Shown here: positions 19,018 to 28,344 of the stretch, in pieces
Layout of the letters: each line of letters opens with the position of its first letter
Position numbering within the stretch: the first letter of the stretch is position 1
DNA from: Candidatus Saccharimonadales bacterium
GTDB lineage: Bacteria; Patescibacteriota; Saccharimonadia; Saccharimonadales; JAXHNE01
Assembly (NCBI GenBank): GCA_041600755.1
Contig: JBFIJL010000001.1
Coordinates: forward strand, 122,896 to 186,895
Direction of reading: 5' to 3'
DNA: 64,000 nucleotides
The notes under the pieces: generated by a model
What the model saw: the letters and a program-made list of their open reading frames with translations, nothing else
What the model was told of the DNA's origin: nothing
Database searches by the model: none
Translations under genes and position numbers: made by a program

Positions 19018-19244
19018 ATATCTCCTCTAAATTCTACAGTGTCACAATCTAATTCAAACAGTTCTTCATCGACTCGTTTATCGGCTAGATACGCCAAGGT
19101 GGCACTTTCCCGAATTCCAAGCCCAAGACTCAGGGCAAGTTCTGTAAATTTTTCTCGAGATATTTTATCTTTACCCATATCTCGTGCCTTAAAAGCCTCT
19201 TCAACAAATAGCGGCATCGTAATCTCTGTATTTCTATTATTCAT
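19014..19244 (-). CDS. Hypothetical 76-aa protein between hrcA and grpE
   Basis: ATG 19244 lies inside the hrcA end (TATGAATAA), and its stop overlaps the grpE ATG (ATGA). The track's longest form starts at 19274. Confidence 0.45.
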   Translation of the reverse strand: MNNRNTEITMPLFVEEAFKARDMGKDKISREKFTELALSLGLGIRESATLAYLADKRVDEELFELDCDTVEFRGDI

Positions 19245-19941
19245 ACAGTGCCTCCTCGAGTGCAGTGCCTGCATACTTAACTAAACTCATGACTTCACGG
19301 TAGCTTTGCCTAGTTGGACCAAGCACACCAATGTAGCTTTCGTCTGAAAACGGAGACTGAAACTTACTTATGATCAAGCTGCAGCCGGCGCTACGACCAA
19401 TTGGGTTTTCATTTCCGATATAGACACTTAGAGGCTTGTTTGGGGCGGCTTCACGAAGCCATGGCTCTAGATTGTCTAGCAGGCTCGCAACTTGCTTAAC
19501 CTGACCACTTTGAATGAACTCAGGCTGGCCAAACAGGTTAGAAAGACCACTCATGTATAGCTGATTGCCAATAGTTGCGATACCGAGATTATGCGTAAGT
19601 TCCACAAGAGTATCTACAGCATTACGAATGGTGCGTTCAGGTAGTCCAGCTCCCTCTACTCGAGCCGTTAGGGCGCGTTCGCCGCGGACATCATGCGAAT
19701 CCTCATTAAGCTCATTTAATACATTTACGTAATGTCGGTAGCCTTTGTCGGTTGGAATGCGCCCGGCACTGGTATGTGGCTGCTTTATGAGCCCCTGACG
19801 TTCAAGCTCGGCCATCTCAGAGCGAATAGTTGCCGATGAAACATTAAAAACTTTGGCCATGAGGCTAGAGCCAACTGGGCTGGCAACTTCGGCATACTGC
19901 TCCACAATCGCTTTCAATATCTTGGCTTGACGTTCGGTCAT
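19237..19941 (-). CDS. hrcA: Heat-inducible transcription repressor HrcA (short, 234 aa)
   Basis: N-terminal winged helix ERQAKILKAIVEQY...VGS..L...F.VSSATIRSEMAELE..GLI.QPHTSAGRIPT. Confidence 0.9.
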   Translation of the reverse strand: MTERQAKILKAIVEQYAEVASPVGSSLMAKVFNVSSATIRSEMAELERQGLIKQPHTSAGRIPTDKGYRHYVNVLNELNEDSHDVRGERALTARVEGAGLPERTIRNAVDTLVELTHNLGIATIGNQLYMSGLSNLFGQPEFIQSGQVKQVASLLDNLEPWLREAAPNKPLSVYIGNENPIGRSAGCSLIISKFQSPFSDESYIGVLGPTRQSYREVMSLVKYAGTALEEALYE

Positions 19942-19962
19942 AATACTCGTGATTATACCGTT

Positions 19963-19989
19963 CTAGCACTCAAAGTGCAAGAGTGCTAG
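19963..19989 (-). promoter_or_regulatory. CIRCE operator overlapping the hrcA promoter
   Basis: Perfect inverted repeat CTAGCACTC-N9-GAGTGCTAG, overlapping the -35/spacer of minus-strand TTGCAC-17-TATAAT. The ATG lies 10 nt after the -10. Confidence 0.85.
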
Positions 19990-20708
19990 GTTTCAAGCCT
20001 ATCGACTATTGACTGGGCGATTGCGCGGGCATCGTATGTCTGTTGATACGGTTTACCGTGCGCGAATGCATCGACACACCTAGCCGCCTCATGAAACTCG
20101 TCATTCACAATAAATTCAAAATAATCATCCGACAGGCCGGTCTTGAGGATGCGCCATGCAGTCTTTTTGCGACGCTTAAGCTCTTCGGGGTCCATGTGGC
20201 CACGATTATGCAATCGATCCATCCACACCTCATAGCTTGGAGGGAGCAACATAACCGTTCTTGTATCTGGCTTTAGACGCCTAACGTTTTCTACACCACC
20301 AATGTCGATATCGGTAATTGAGATTTTCGACTCCTGGGCAGCAAGTTCAAGTTCGTGCAAGCTCATTCCAGACACTTGCTGTCCGTGAATAATTTCGGCT
20401 TCTAGGTACATGCCAGCCTCGAGATCTCTCAAGAATTCATCCTCAGACTTAAACCAATACTCGCGACCATTTTGCTCAAGCACGCCATTATTTTCTCTGG
20501 GTTTTCTAGTCGTATCAGAAACCACAAAATGATAATTGCCCGAGCTTTGTAGCTCCTTAATAATAGTATTTCTCCCGGATGACGATGGTGCAACCAAAAC
20601 CACAAGCTCAGAGTCTGCTAGTATTTCTTGACCTTTTTTGCCCACTTGGTACGTAGATATAACTCGTTCAAACGCTTCAAGTTGGTTAAGTTTATTTATG
20701 TCTTTCAT
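19986..20708 (-). CDS. Guanylate kinase-like protein with a degenerate P-loop
   Basis: VAPSSSGRNT P-loop-like segment and VSDTTRKPRENNG...GREYWF, matching the guanylate kinase TTR.pR core. Confidence 0.65.
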   Translation of the reverse strand: MKDINKLNQLEAFERVISTYQVGKKGQEILADSELVVLVAPSSSGRNTIIKELQSSGNYHFVVSDTTRKPRENNGVLEQNGREYWFKSEDEFLRDLEAGMYLEAEIIHGQQVSGMSLHELELAAQESKISITDIDIGGVENVRRLKPDTRTVMLLPPSYEVWMDRLHNRGHMDPEELKRRKKTAWRILKTGLSDDYFEFIVNDEFHEAARCVDAFAHGKPYQQTYDARAIAQSIVDRLET

Positions 20709-20734
20709 ATATACGTTATAGCAGATCTAAAAAA

Positions 20735-22537
20735 TTAGTCACGCTTAAGCAATACCGTAAACGCTTCGGCGGGTATATCCACTTTCCCGAAACGCTTTAG
20801 TCGCTTTTTACCCTTTGCCTGTTTTGCAAGTACTTTCTTCTTGCGTGAAACGTCACCGCCGTACAGTCCACTAGTCACGTCTTTGCGGAAAGCGCTAATG
20901 TCTTCACGTGCGATAAAAGTTCCGCCTATGGCAGCCTGAAGCGGCACCTGGAAGTTCTGCCTTGGAATGATATCTTTTAGTTTTGTAACTGTTTCACGAC
21001 CCAATCCCTGAGCTTCAGTTTTATGCACCATGATACTTAGTGCATCGACAATATCACCAGCAATGTAGAAATCCAACCGTACAAGATTTTCTGGTCGATA
21101 ATCGTCCAGTTCGTAATTGAACGATCCGTATCCGCTCGTTACACTCTTGAGTTGATCATAAAAATCCGTCAACAGGTTTGCTAGCGGAGCATCAAAACTC
21201 ACTAGCGCTAACTGAGCGTCTACATATCCAAGGTTTTTCTGTATTCCGCGCTTGCTTGAAATTAACTGAATCACCGCTCCAACGTATTCCTTTGGCACAA
21301 CTATTTCACCCTTAATCCAAGGCTCTCTAATCTCTTCTATTTGAGCCGGATCAGGCAACTCTGATGCGCTGCGAATTGTCATCTCTGTTCCATTTTGCAA
21401 AGTAACTTCGTAATCAGTAGACGGATTCGTAATCACCAAATCCAGCCCATACTCTCGTTCTAACCGCTCTCGAACAATATCCATATGAAGCAGTCCCAAG
21501 AATCCAACGCGCACACCAAACCCTAGAACTGGTGAATTTTCTGGCGTAAATTGTAATGCAGAATCACTAAGGCTTAGCTTTTCGATACCGTCCTTCAGGG
21601 TTTGATAGTTTTCGTTACTATCAGGGAATAATCCTGCGTACACGAATGGTTTTACGTTTTTATAACCAGGCAGTGGCGCGCTGGCAGGCCGACTTACGAG
21701 CGTAATCGTATCGCCAACTTTTGCTTCTCGCGTGCTTCGAAGGTTCGTCACAATGTAACCGATCTCGCCCAAATTTAGTTCATCTGCAGGTGTCATAACA
21801 GGCGCAAGGGAACCTACCTCCAGCGCAATGCCCTCGGCACGAGTTGCCATCATCACAATTTCGCTCGATTTCTTAATTGTCCCGTCTAGTACTCGCACAT
21901 ACAAAACTACTCCCCGATAATCATCGTAGTAGCTATCAAAAATAAGTGCACGTGCTTCTGTGTCTTCACTACCGGTTGGAGCCGGCACATCTGTAATAAT
22001 CTTTTTAAGTACATCCTCGACACCTTTGCCTGTCTTTGCGGAAATATGCAAGATATCTTCTAGCTCACAGCCAAGCAGGCTGACAACCTCCGCACCGACT
22101 CGATCAACATCAGCTGCCGGCAAATCAATTTTATTTAACACCGGAATGATTTTTAGATCAGCCTCCATAGCTAAATAGACGTTAGCAAGGGTCTGTGCCT
22201 GAATGCCCTGGCTGGCATCAACGACTAAAATTGCGCCTTCGCAAGCCTGCAAACTACGAGAAACCTCATAGCTAAAGTCAACGTGTCCGGGCGTATCAAT
22301 AAGATTTAGCTCGTGGTCATCATAGGTCATGCGGACTGGTGCAAGTTTAATTGTTATGCCCTTCTCACGCTCAAGATCCATCTTGTCTAGTAGCTGAGCT
22401 TTCATGGCGCGCTTTTCGACAGTGCCAGTAATTTCAAGCATCCGATCGGCAAGTGTCGATTTACCGTGATCGATATGCGCAATAATACAAAAGTTTCTAA
22501 TGTTTGACTGTTCGGTCATAGACGAACAGTGTACCAC
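20735..22537 (-). CDS. lepA: Translation elongation factor 4 (LepA)
   Basis: IRNFCIIAHIDHGKSTLADR, DTPGHVDF and NKID motifs. The ATG at 22519 is an alternative start. Confidence 0.95.
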   Translation of the reverse strand: MVHCSSMTEQSNIRNFCIIAHIDHGKSTLADRMLEITGTVEKRAMKAQLLDKMDLEREKGITIKLAPVRMTYDDHELNLIDTPGHVDFSYEVSRSLQACEGAILVVDASQGIQAQTLANVYLAMEADLKIIPVLNKIDLPAADVDRVGAEVVSLLGCELEDILHISAKTGKGVEDVLKKIITDVPAPTGSEDTEARALIFDSYYDDYRGVVLYVRVLDGTIKKSSEIVMMATRAEGIALEVGSLAPVMTPADELNLGEIGYIVTNLRSTREAKVGDTITLVSRPASAPLPGYKNVKPFVYAGLFPDSNENYQTLKDGIEKLSLSDSALQFTPENSPVLGFGVRVGFLGLLHMDIVRERLEREYGLDLVITNPSTDYEVTLQNGTEMTIRSASELPDPAQIEEIREPWIKGEIVVPKEYVGAVIQLISSKRGIQKNLGYVDAQLALVSFDAPLANLLTDFYDQLKSVTSGYGSFNYELDDYRPENLVRLDFYIAGDIVDALSIMVHKTEAQGLGRETVTKLKDIIPRQNFQVPLQAAIGGTFIAREDISAFRKDVTSGLYGGDVSRKKKVLAKQAKGKKRLKRFGKVDIPAEAFTVLLKRD

Positions 22538-22558
22538 CTCTGTTAGCGATTTACCAGT

Positions 22559-24148
22559 CTAGAGGTTGACCCGAATTGGCTTCATGACAATACTGTAAAG
22601 CTTATTGATGACAGTGTGGGCTTCTTTTAATTCAAAAATTCGTGAAATAATTAGGTGAGTCAGTAGCGTCACGCTGCTAATGAGTGCCAATTTACCACCT
22701 AGTGTAACAATTCCTCTGTCGGTTGCGCTCAGCGGCAGAATCGACAGCATAATAAAGGTCGAGACAAGCGAGAACCCAGTTACAGATATTATTTTGAACA
22801 CGCCATTCACAAAGCTCATACTGAGCATCTTACGGTCGCGATACACCAATATACTTGTCAGAATTACCACCTCACTGGCCGCTACAATTGACTGTGCAAT
22901 TGCAAGTCCGGAAATTCCATATGAATCTGGTCGAGATAAATTAAATGCCAAAATTATGTTTAGGCCGATGGCGAATAGTGACACAAAAAGCGGAGTCTTG
23001 GTGTCTTTGTATGCATAAAAATAACGAGAAATGATGCTATATACAATTCGGAAAAATATCGCCACGATCAAGAAGCCAAATACGAGTGCGACTTGTGGTG
23101 CAAAGTCACCAAAAATCAGACGTGCCAAGTAGGCTCGTGCAAAATAGCAAATCACTAGTACCGGCATAGTCACCCAAATTACAGCTTGCAGTATTTGCAA
23201 AAAATCTTTTCTAAAAAGATCGGGGCGGCCCTGCGACAATCGCTCTGTGAGTCGCGGGAAAGCAGCTATGGCAATTGAATTACCCAACAGCATAACAGGC
23301 ACGTTCATGAGCGTTAGAGCAAAGCTATAGGAGCTCACAGCGCCAACGTTAAGGGTCTGTGCGCGATTAATCTCTACAATACTGTTCACTTGGTCGATGC
23401 CTTGATCGAGTGAACGCGCTGGAAGACTCCGCAGCACTGAACGCAAATTTTTTGATTTCAGGTTTATAACTGGCTTGTATTTAAAGCCAAGACCAACTAA
23501 TCCAAGTAGCGATATCGCAAGCTGCATCAACCCACCAACAAGCGCTCCAACTCCAAGTCCTACAACGCCCAGACTATCTCGAAAAAGAAAAATGCTGATG
23601 ATGATTGCAATGTTATAGGTAAGAGGTGCTACGGCATAGAAAAAGAACCTGCCAAATGTTTGTTGGACGCTCGTTAAGATTCCTGAAAGCGTAAAGAGTA
23701 GTGGATTGAGTGCAAGTAAGCGCATGATGGTTACGGCTTCATTGAAATGATCTGGCGGCAGATCTGGAGCAATGAGATTCATTAGCGGTACGGCAAAGAC
23801 AAATATGATGAGTGCCGTAAATGCCGTAACAATTGCGAGTAAATTTAATAAACTTGAAGCTAGCTCCCACATGCCTTTTTTGTCACCAGCGTGCAACCTA
23901 TCAGACAAAAAGGGAATGAATGCCACACCAAGTGCCCCGGCAGCAATCGTAAAAAAGAAAAAGTCCGGAATCAAAAAGGCTGCAAAAAATGCGTCTGACG
24001 CCCCTGGGTCAATATATGTAATATTGGTGCTAATTAAACGATTTCGAAGAAAGCCCAGAGCCTGTCCAGATAATGCAACAACAATTAGAAGTGTTGCTGC
24101 ACCGCCGAGTGAAACTCGTTTATTGGCGCGAGAGATCAATTTATTCAT
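22559..24148 (-). CDS. murJ: Lipid II flippase MurJ/MviN family
   Basis: 529 aa with about 14 TM helices and an N-terminal LGFLRNRLI motif typical of MurJ. Confidence 0.8.
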   Translation of the reverse strand: MNKLISRANKRVSLGGAATLLIVVALSGQALGFLRNRLISTNITYIDPGASDAFFAAFLIPDFFFFTIAAGALGVAFIPFLSDRLHAGDKKGMWELASSLLNLLAIVTAFTALIIFVFAVPLMNLIAPDLPPDHFNEAVTIMRLLALNPLLFTLSGILTSVQQTFGRFFFYAVAPLTYNIAIIISIFLFRDSLGVVGLGVGALVGGLMQLAISLLGLVGLGFKYKPVINLKSKNLRSVLRSLPARSLDQGIDQVNSIVEINRAQTLNVGAVSSYSFALTLMNVPVMLLGNSIAIAAFPRLTERLSQGRPDLFRKDFLQILQAVIWVTMPVLVICYFARAYLARLIFGDFAPQVALVFGFLIVAIFFRIVYSIISRYFYAYKDTKTPLFVSLFAIGLNIILAFNLSRPDSYGISGLAIAQSIVAASEVVILTSILVYRDRKMLSMSFVNGVFKIISVTGFSLVSTFIMLSILPLSATDRGIVTLGGKLALISSVTLLTHLIISRIFELKEAHTVINKLYSIVMKPIRVNL

Positions 24149-24201
24149 TACACCCTAGTATAAAGGCATCTAAGGTATTTTGACGAACAAAAAATCTGAA
24201 C

Positions 24202-26070
24202 TTAATATAATGCGGCTTCTTTTGGCATTGTCGTGTCTTTTAGAATCTCAATGACTTCCTCGGCTTCAACTGTTTCCTTGGCAATCAAGCGGTCTTTAAG
24301 CGTCTCTAGCTTATTCATGTTGGCCTTAATGACCAAACGAGCACGCTTCGCTGCCTCAATTATCAAATCCTCGATTTCATCGTCGATCAGTTTTGCAGTA
24401 TCTTCTGAATACTGGCGTTCGTGAGTGAGTCTATCCATCATCATGCCTTCATCAACATGAAACACTTGGTCTCGAAGTTTTTTACCCATGCCTTGGTTGG
24501 TGACCATTTCTCTAGCGAGTTCTGCAGCCTTCTGCAAGTCACTTCCCGCACCCGTAGTCACGCGATCTTTTCCGTATTTAACTTCTTCCGCAATACGTCC
24601 ACCAAGCATTCGAGCCAACACATCTTTGTACTCGATTATGCTGTGGTAACTCTTATCTTCGGGCGGAATAAACCATGTAACACCGCCAGTTCCACCACGA
24701 GGAATTATTGTCACTTTGTGCACCATGTCGCTGTCTGGCAGCACGTGTCCAACAATTGCGTGTCCGGCCTCATGATATGCCGTGAGCTCTTTCTCGTGAT
24801 CATTCATAATTTTACTCTTACGCTCTGGACCTATGGCAACACGTTCAAACGCTTCTGTTACATCACTGTTATCAATCGTCTTCTTGTCTTTTCTTGCGGC
24901 CACAATTGCCGACTCGTTTGCGATATTAGCAAGATCTGCACCAGATGATCCGGCAGTTTTCCCAGCCAATGCGTCAATATCAACTTTGCTATCGAGTGGT
25001 TTTTTCTCAAAATGAATCTTTAGTATAGATTCACGCGCCTTGCGATCAGGCAATCCAATATTCACCCGACGGTCAAATCGTCCTGGGCGAAGCAGTGCTG
25101 AATCCAGTACGTCTGCACGGTTTGTAGCGGCAAGTACTATTACATTTGCACCTTGTTCAAAGCCATCCATCTCGACCAAAATTTGGTTAAGTGTTTGTTC
25201 ACGCTCGTCGTGTCCACCGCCCATACCAGAACCACGTTTTCGTCCAACTGCATCAATCTCGTCTATAAAAATAATGCACGGTGCGTTCTTCTTGGCTTTT
25301 GCGAATAAGTCGCGAACTCTAGAGGCACCAACACCAACAAACATTTCAACGAACTCTGAACCAGAGATGCTGAAGAACGGCACATTGGCCTCGCCTGCAA
25401 CAGCACGAGCAAGCAAAGTTTTACCAGTTCCAGGAGGGCCAACTAGCATAACGCCTTTAGGGATTTTTGCTCCAACGTCCTCGAACTTCTTGGGGAATTT
25501 CAAAAATTCAACAACTTCTTCAAGATCTTGCTTGGACTCGTCATTTCCGGCGACATCCTTGAACAAAACTTTCTTCTTCTCATTTCCGTATAATCGAGCT
25601 TTGCTTTTACCAAAACTCATCGCTTGATTACCTTGCCCTTGAGCACTGCGCAGCATAAAGAATAGAATTCCACCAATTAATACAACCGGCAGCAATCCGA
25701 TCAACAATGACATCCATGTAGATTCACCTGTTTGCTTCTGGGGGTCCACCGTCAGGCCTTCTACATTCTTTTCTAAGCCTTGTTCATATATGGACACACC
25801 AGCTTCTTTAAACGACTTCTGAGATGGCTCTTCTTCGCCTTTTCTGGTTACCTCTATTTCGCTACCGTCAATAGATATTTTACTGATTTCACCATTATTG
25901 GCTTGCATAACCACCTCTGAAAGTGGCACTTCTTCGAGTGTCTTGGTGTCGCTACTAGCACCGTAGAAAATTAATCCGAATAGCACCACAAGTGCAATAA
26001 AAATTATATTCTTCGAATTCTTACGATTCTTCTGTCCACCTGGTTTCTTCTGAAATGATTTTTTGTCCAT
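24202..26070 (-). CDS. ftsH: ATP-dependent zinc metalloprotease FtsH
   Basis: [21 protein letters not shown]+ motif, HEAGHA zinc site and two N-terminal TM helices. Confidence 0.97.
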   Translation of the reverse strand: MDKKSFQKKPGGQKNRKNSKNIIFIALVVLFGLIFYGASSDTKTLEEVPLSEVVMQANNGEISKISIDGSEIEVTRKGEEEPSQKSFKEAGVSIYEQGLEKNVEGLTVDPQKQTGESTWMSLLIGLLPVVLIGGILFFMLRSAQGQGNQAMSFGKSKARLYGNEKKKVLFKDVAGNDESKQDLEEVVEFLKFPKKFEDVGAKIPKGVMLVGPPGTGKTLLARAVAGEANVPFFSISGSEFVEMFVGVGASRVRDLFAKAKKNAPCIIFIDEIDAVGRKRGSGMGGGHDEREQTLNQILVEMDGFEQGANVIVLAATNRADVLDSALLRPGRFDRRVNIGLPDRKARESILKIHFEKKPLDSKVDIDALAGKTAGSSGADLANIANESAIVAARKDKKTIDNSDVTEAFERVAIGPERKSKIMNDHEKELTAYHEAGHAIVGHVLPDSDMVHKVTIIPRGGTGGVTWFIPPEDKSYHSIIEYKDVLARMLGGRIAEEVKYGKDRVTTGAGSDLQKAAELAREMVTNQGMGKKLRDQVFHVDEGMMMDRLTHERQYSEDTAKLIDDEIEDLIIEAAKRARLVIKANMNKLETLKDRLIAKETVEAEEVIEILKDTTMPKEAALY

Positions 26071-26097
26071 AGAGGGATATTATAGCGGTCGAAGGCG

Positions 26098-26982
26098 TTA
26101 TTTGCCAGGTGTTCTACTTGTAGTCAACACAACGGTTTTACCCTGACTTATTAGCTGCTTGTTGCCAGGTAGCGACATTCTTGATCCAACTGGTCCTGTT
26201 TTGCAAAATACGTAAGCATCCATTACAAGACGTTTTGAAATCTCAATTCCACCTCTCTGCAGCCAATGTGCAACAAACTCAAGACCAATAGACGCGTGCG
26301 TCGAGAGTAGTTCATGCCTGACTATTTCCTTGCTGTCTTTCATATGCTCAGCAACCATCTGGTCAATTTCATCATTTAATCCAAGCATAGAAACATAAAG
26401 ATCAAGCAATTTTTGCCTTAAAGTATCATCAAGATTGTTTACTATTCTATGGCGAACAAAATTACGTAGATATTTAGTGTCTAGATTCGTATTGTCTTCG
26501 TGCCAATCTAATTTATGAAGTCGAGCATAATCAGTTATTTCTGTTTTTGACTCCTCAAGCATTGGTCTCATGATGTCATTGGTGCTTTTCAGCGAACTTA
26601 AGCCCTTGCGATTTGTGCCTCGCAGCAGGTTCAGAATCATAGTTTCGATTACGTCGTCTTGATGATGTGCAGTGATGATTGCTGCTGCACTGTACTTCTC
26701 ACGTATTTTTTGTAGAAATTCATAACGCGCCTTGCGAGCCGTCGACTCACTTGCCTCATTTCCAAGCTTTAGCTGTGTTGACTCAAAACGGAGTCCGTAT
26801 TGTCTGGCTAAAGATTCTACAAATTTTGCATCGTCAGCAGATTCGGTGCGCATACCATGATCAACGTGCGCAACAATAAGCTCCAGCTCAGGAATCTGTA
26901 ACAGTTTGTGCAACAAAACTACAGAATCCACGCCTCCAGAAACCGCCACAACATAACAACCAGGTCTCATCTTCATATTCAT
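26098..26982 (-). CDS. tilS: tRNA(Ile)-lysidine synthase TilS
   Basis: PP-loop VAVSGGVDS. 294 aa, in the classic position next to ftsH. Confidence 0.85.
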   Translation of the reverse strand: MNMKMRPGCYVVAVSGGVDSVVLLHKLLQIPELELIVAHVDHGMRTESADDAKFVESLARQYGLRFESTQLKLGNEASESTARKARYEFLQKIREKYSAAAIITAHHQDDVIETMILNLLRGTNRKGLSSLKSTNDIMRPMLEESKTEITDYARLHKLDWHEDNTNLDTKYLRNFVRHRIVNNLDDTLRQKLLDLYVSMLGLNDEIDQMVAEHMKDSKEIVRHELLSTHASIGLEFVAHWLQRGGIEISKRLVMDAYVFCKTGPVGSRMSLPGNKQLISQGKTVVLTTSRTPGK

Positions 26983-26999
26983 ATGTATAATAATAGCCT

Positions 27000-27515
27000 A
27001 TGAAGAAGATATATTTTTGTAGACACGGTCTTAGCAAGATGAACGTCAGTGGGCATATAGCAGGAGTTACCGATACTCCACTGGTTGCTGAAGGTCGAAA
27101 ACAAGCAAAAAAAGCCGGCAAGAATGCAAAAAAGCTGTCGATTGACTGTATTGCCAGCTCGCCTTTATCTCGAGCCAAGGAAACTGCCGAGATAATCGCC
27201 AAGGAGATTGGCTACCCACTTGACCAAATTCATATCAACAAACTACTCCTAGAAAGAGATTTCGGTGATGCCGAAGGTCATGTCTACGCACCCGATCTGG
27301 ACCTTGATGGCTTTTCTGACATAGAAGCAGTAGATACTCTCATAGAACGTGCTCGCCTCACCCTTCGCTGGATAGAGACCCTGCCTGGTGAAACTGTTCT
27401 CATAGTCAGTCATGGCTCATTTGGCAGAGCACTGCAAAGCGCGCTAAATGATAAGGTTCAATTCCACACTGCTCCTCGTGTGCCCAATACAGAAATACTT
27501 CTCTGGCGCGACTAA
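27000..27515 (+). CDS. Histidine phosphatase family protein (phosphoglycerate mutase-like)
   Basis: RHG motif (FCRHGLS), SPLSRA and SHG. TATAAT 26986-26991 lies 8 nt upstream of the ATG. Confidence 0.8.
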   Translation: MKKIYFCRHGLSKMNVSGHIAGVTDTPLVAEGRKQAKKAGKNAKKLSIDCIASSPLSRAKETAEIIAKEIGYPLDQIHINKLLLERDFGDAEGHVYAPDLDLDGFSDIEAVDTLIERARLTLRWIETLPGETVLIVSHGSFGRALQSALNDKVQFHTAPRVPNTEILLWRD

Positions 27516-27725
27516 CTAACGCTCGTTGAACACCCTCAATGAGTCAAGTGCTACAAACGCCTTTGCTGCGGGTGTGTCGTTATTGCTTTGCACAATATCG
27601 TCACGTCCTTGACGATAAAATCCAATATCTTCAGCTGCCCTCAAAACCAACTGATCCATTTGCTCGGAGCTTAGTTCCGAATCATGCGACTCGCTAACAG
27701 TCATCTCGCCACTAATTACACTCAT
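27516..27725 (-). CDS. Hypothetical 69-aa acidic protein
   Basis: ATG 27725 is preceded by a strong AAGGAGGT SD. The longer track form (to 27860) lacks one. Confidence 0.5.
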   Translation of the reverse strand: MSVISGEMTVSESHDSELSSEQMDQLVLRAAEDIGFYRQGRDDIVQSNNDTPAAKAFVALDSLRVFNER

Positions 27726-27911
27726 ATAACCTCCTTTTCTGGGCAAAAAAATACGACCATCGCTGGTCGTCGCTACTTTTTTGGTTCCAGTATTTATTTT
27801 CATACTAGGTCTGTATTGTACTCCTTGTCTGCCCTGCTTTGCAAACAAGGCTGGCACCAAAGACTTCAGTGTGGTATATTCTACCTCTGTAGTTTACAAT
27901 CGTAGATGCAT

Positions 27912-27936
27912 GGCTGGATAGCTAAGTTGGAGCAGC
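27912..27936 (+). other. tRNA 5'-half look-alike fragment
   Basis: GGCTGGATAGCTAAGTTGGAGCAGC resembles the acceptor and D-arm of the tRNA at 28033. No matching 3' half or anticodon arm is present. Confidence 0.35.
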
Positions 27937-28032
27937 TTGCTGCAGAAATAGTAATCGCATAGGCGCACTACCCAACCTACTGGCCTGCAAATGACGATTA
28001 CAGTTCATTTACAGTTCAAAATTACAGAATAT

Positions 28033-28109
28033 GGCAGGATAGCTCAGTTGGTTAGAGCGCAGGACTCATAAGCCTGAGGTCCCGAGTTCAAATCTCGGTC
28101 CTGCTACCA
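28033..28109 (+). tRNA. tRNA with anticodon CAU (elongator Met or lysidine-modified Ile2), CCA encoded
   Basis: GGCAGGA/TCCTGCT acceptor, CAGGA-CTCATAA-GCCTG anticodon arm, CCGAG-TTCAAAT-CTCGG T-arm. Confidence 0.9.
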
Positions 28110-28258
28110 AATTTAATGCCCCACGTAAGTGGGGTTTTAAATTTGGTACTGGTCTGTTTTAAGGCGAGGGACCGAAAGGCGTAAAAAGCCTGAGGCTTAT
28201 TACGTTTTCCTTGCTTGGCCGAAAGAGAAATTTAATATTTCGATTGAGCACGCTTAGA

Positions 28259-28286
28259 CCGAGTTCAAATCTCGGTCCTGCTTCCA
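28259..28286 (+). repeat. Exact copy of the 3' part of tRNA 28033-28109 (T-arm + acceptor 3' strand) followed by TCCA
   Basis: CCGAGTTCAAATCTCGGTCCTGCT is identical to 28082-28105, 177 nt downstream of the original. Confidence 0.85.
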
Positions 28287-28322
28287 AGATAAAACCGTCC
28301 ATTTTGGGCGGTTTTATCTTGG
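28284..28322 (+). terminator. Long A/T-flanked hairpin fused to the CCA of the tRNA fragment
   Basis: CCAAGATAAAACCGTCC-ATTTT-GGGCGGTTTTATCTTGG (17-bp stem, one mismatch). Confidence 0.6.
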
Positions 28323-28344
28323 AAAATCGTGATACTCTTTTACT

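Noticed and set aside
28110-28286. Interpreting the fragment-bearing units as complete tRNA genes with introns or as permuted tRNAs.
   Set aside because: No sequence complementary to the acceptor 3' strands (TCCTGCT, CCCCGCT) is found upstream. There is no D-arm and no plausible 7-nt anticodon loop in register.
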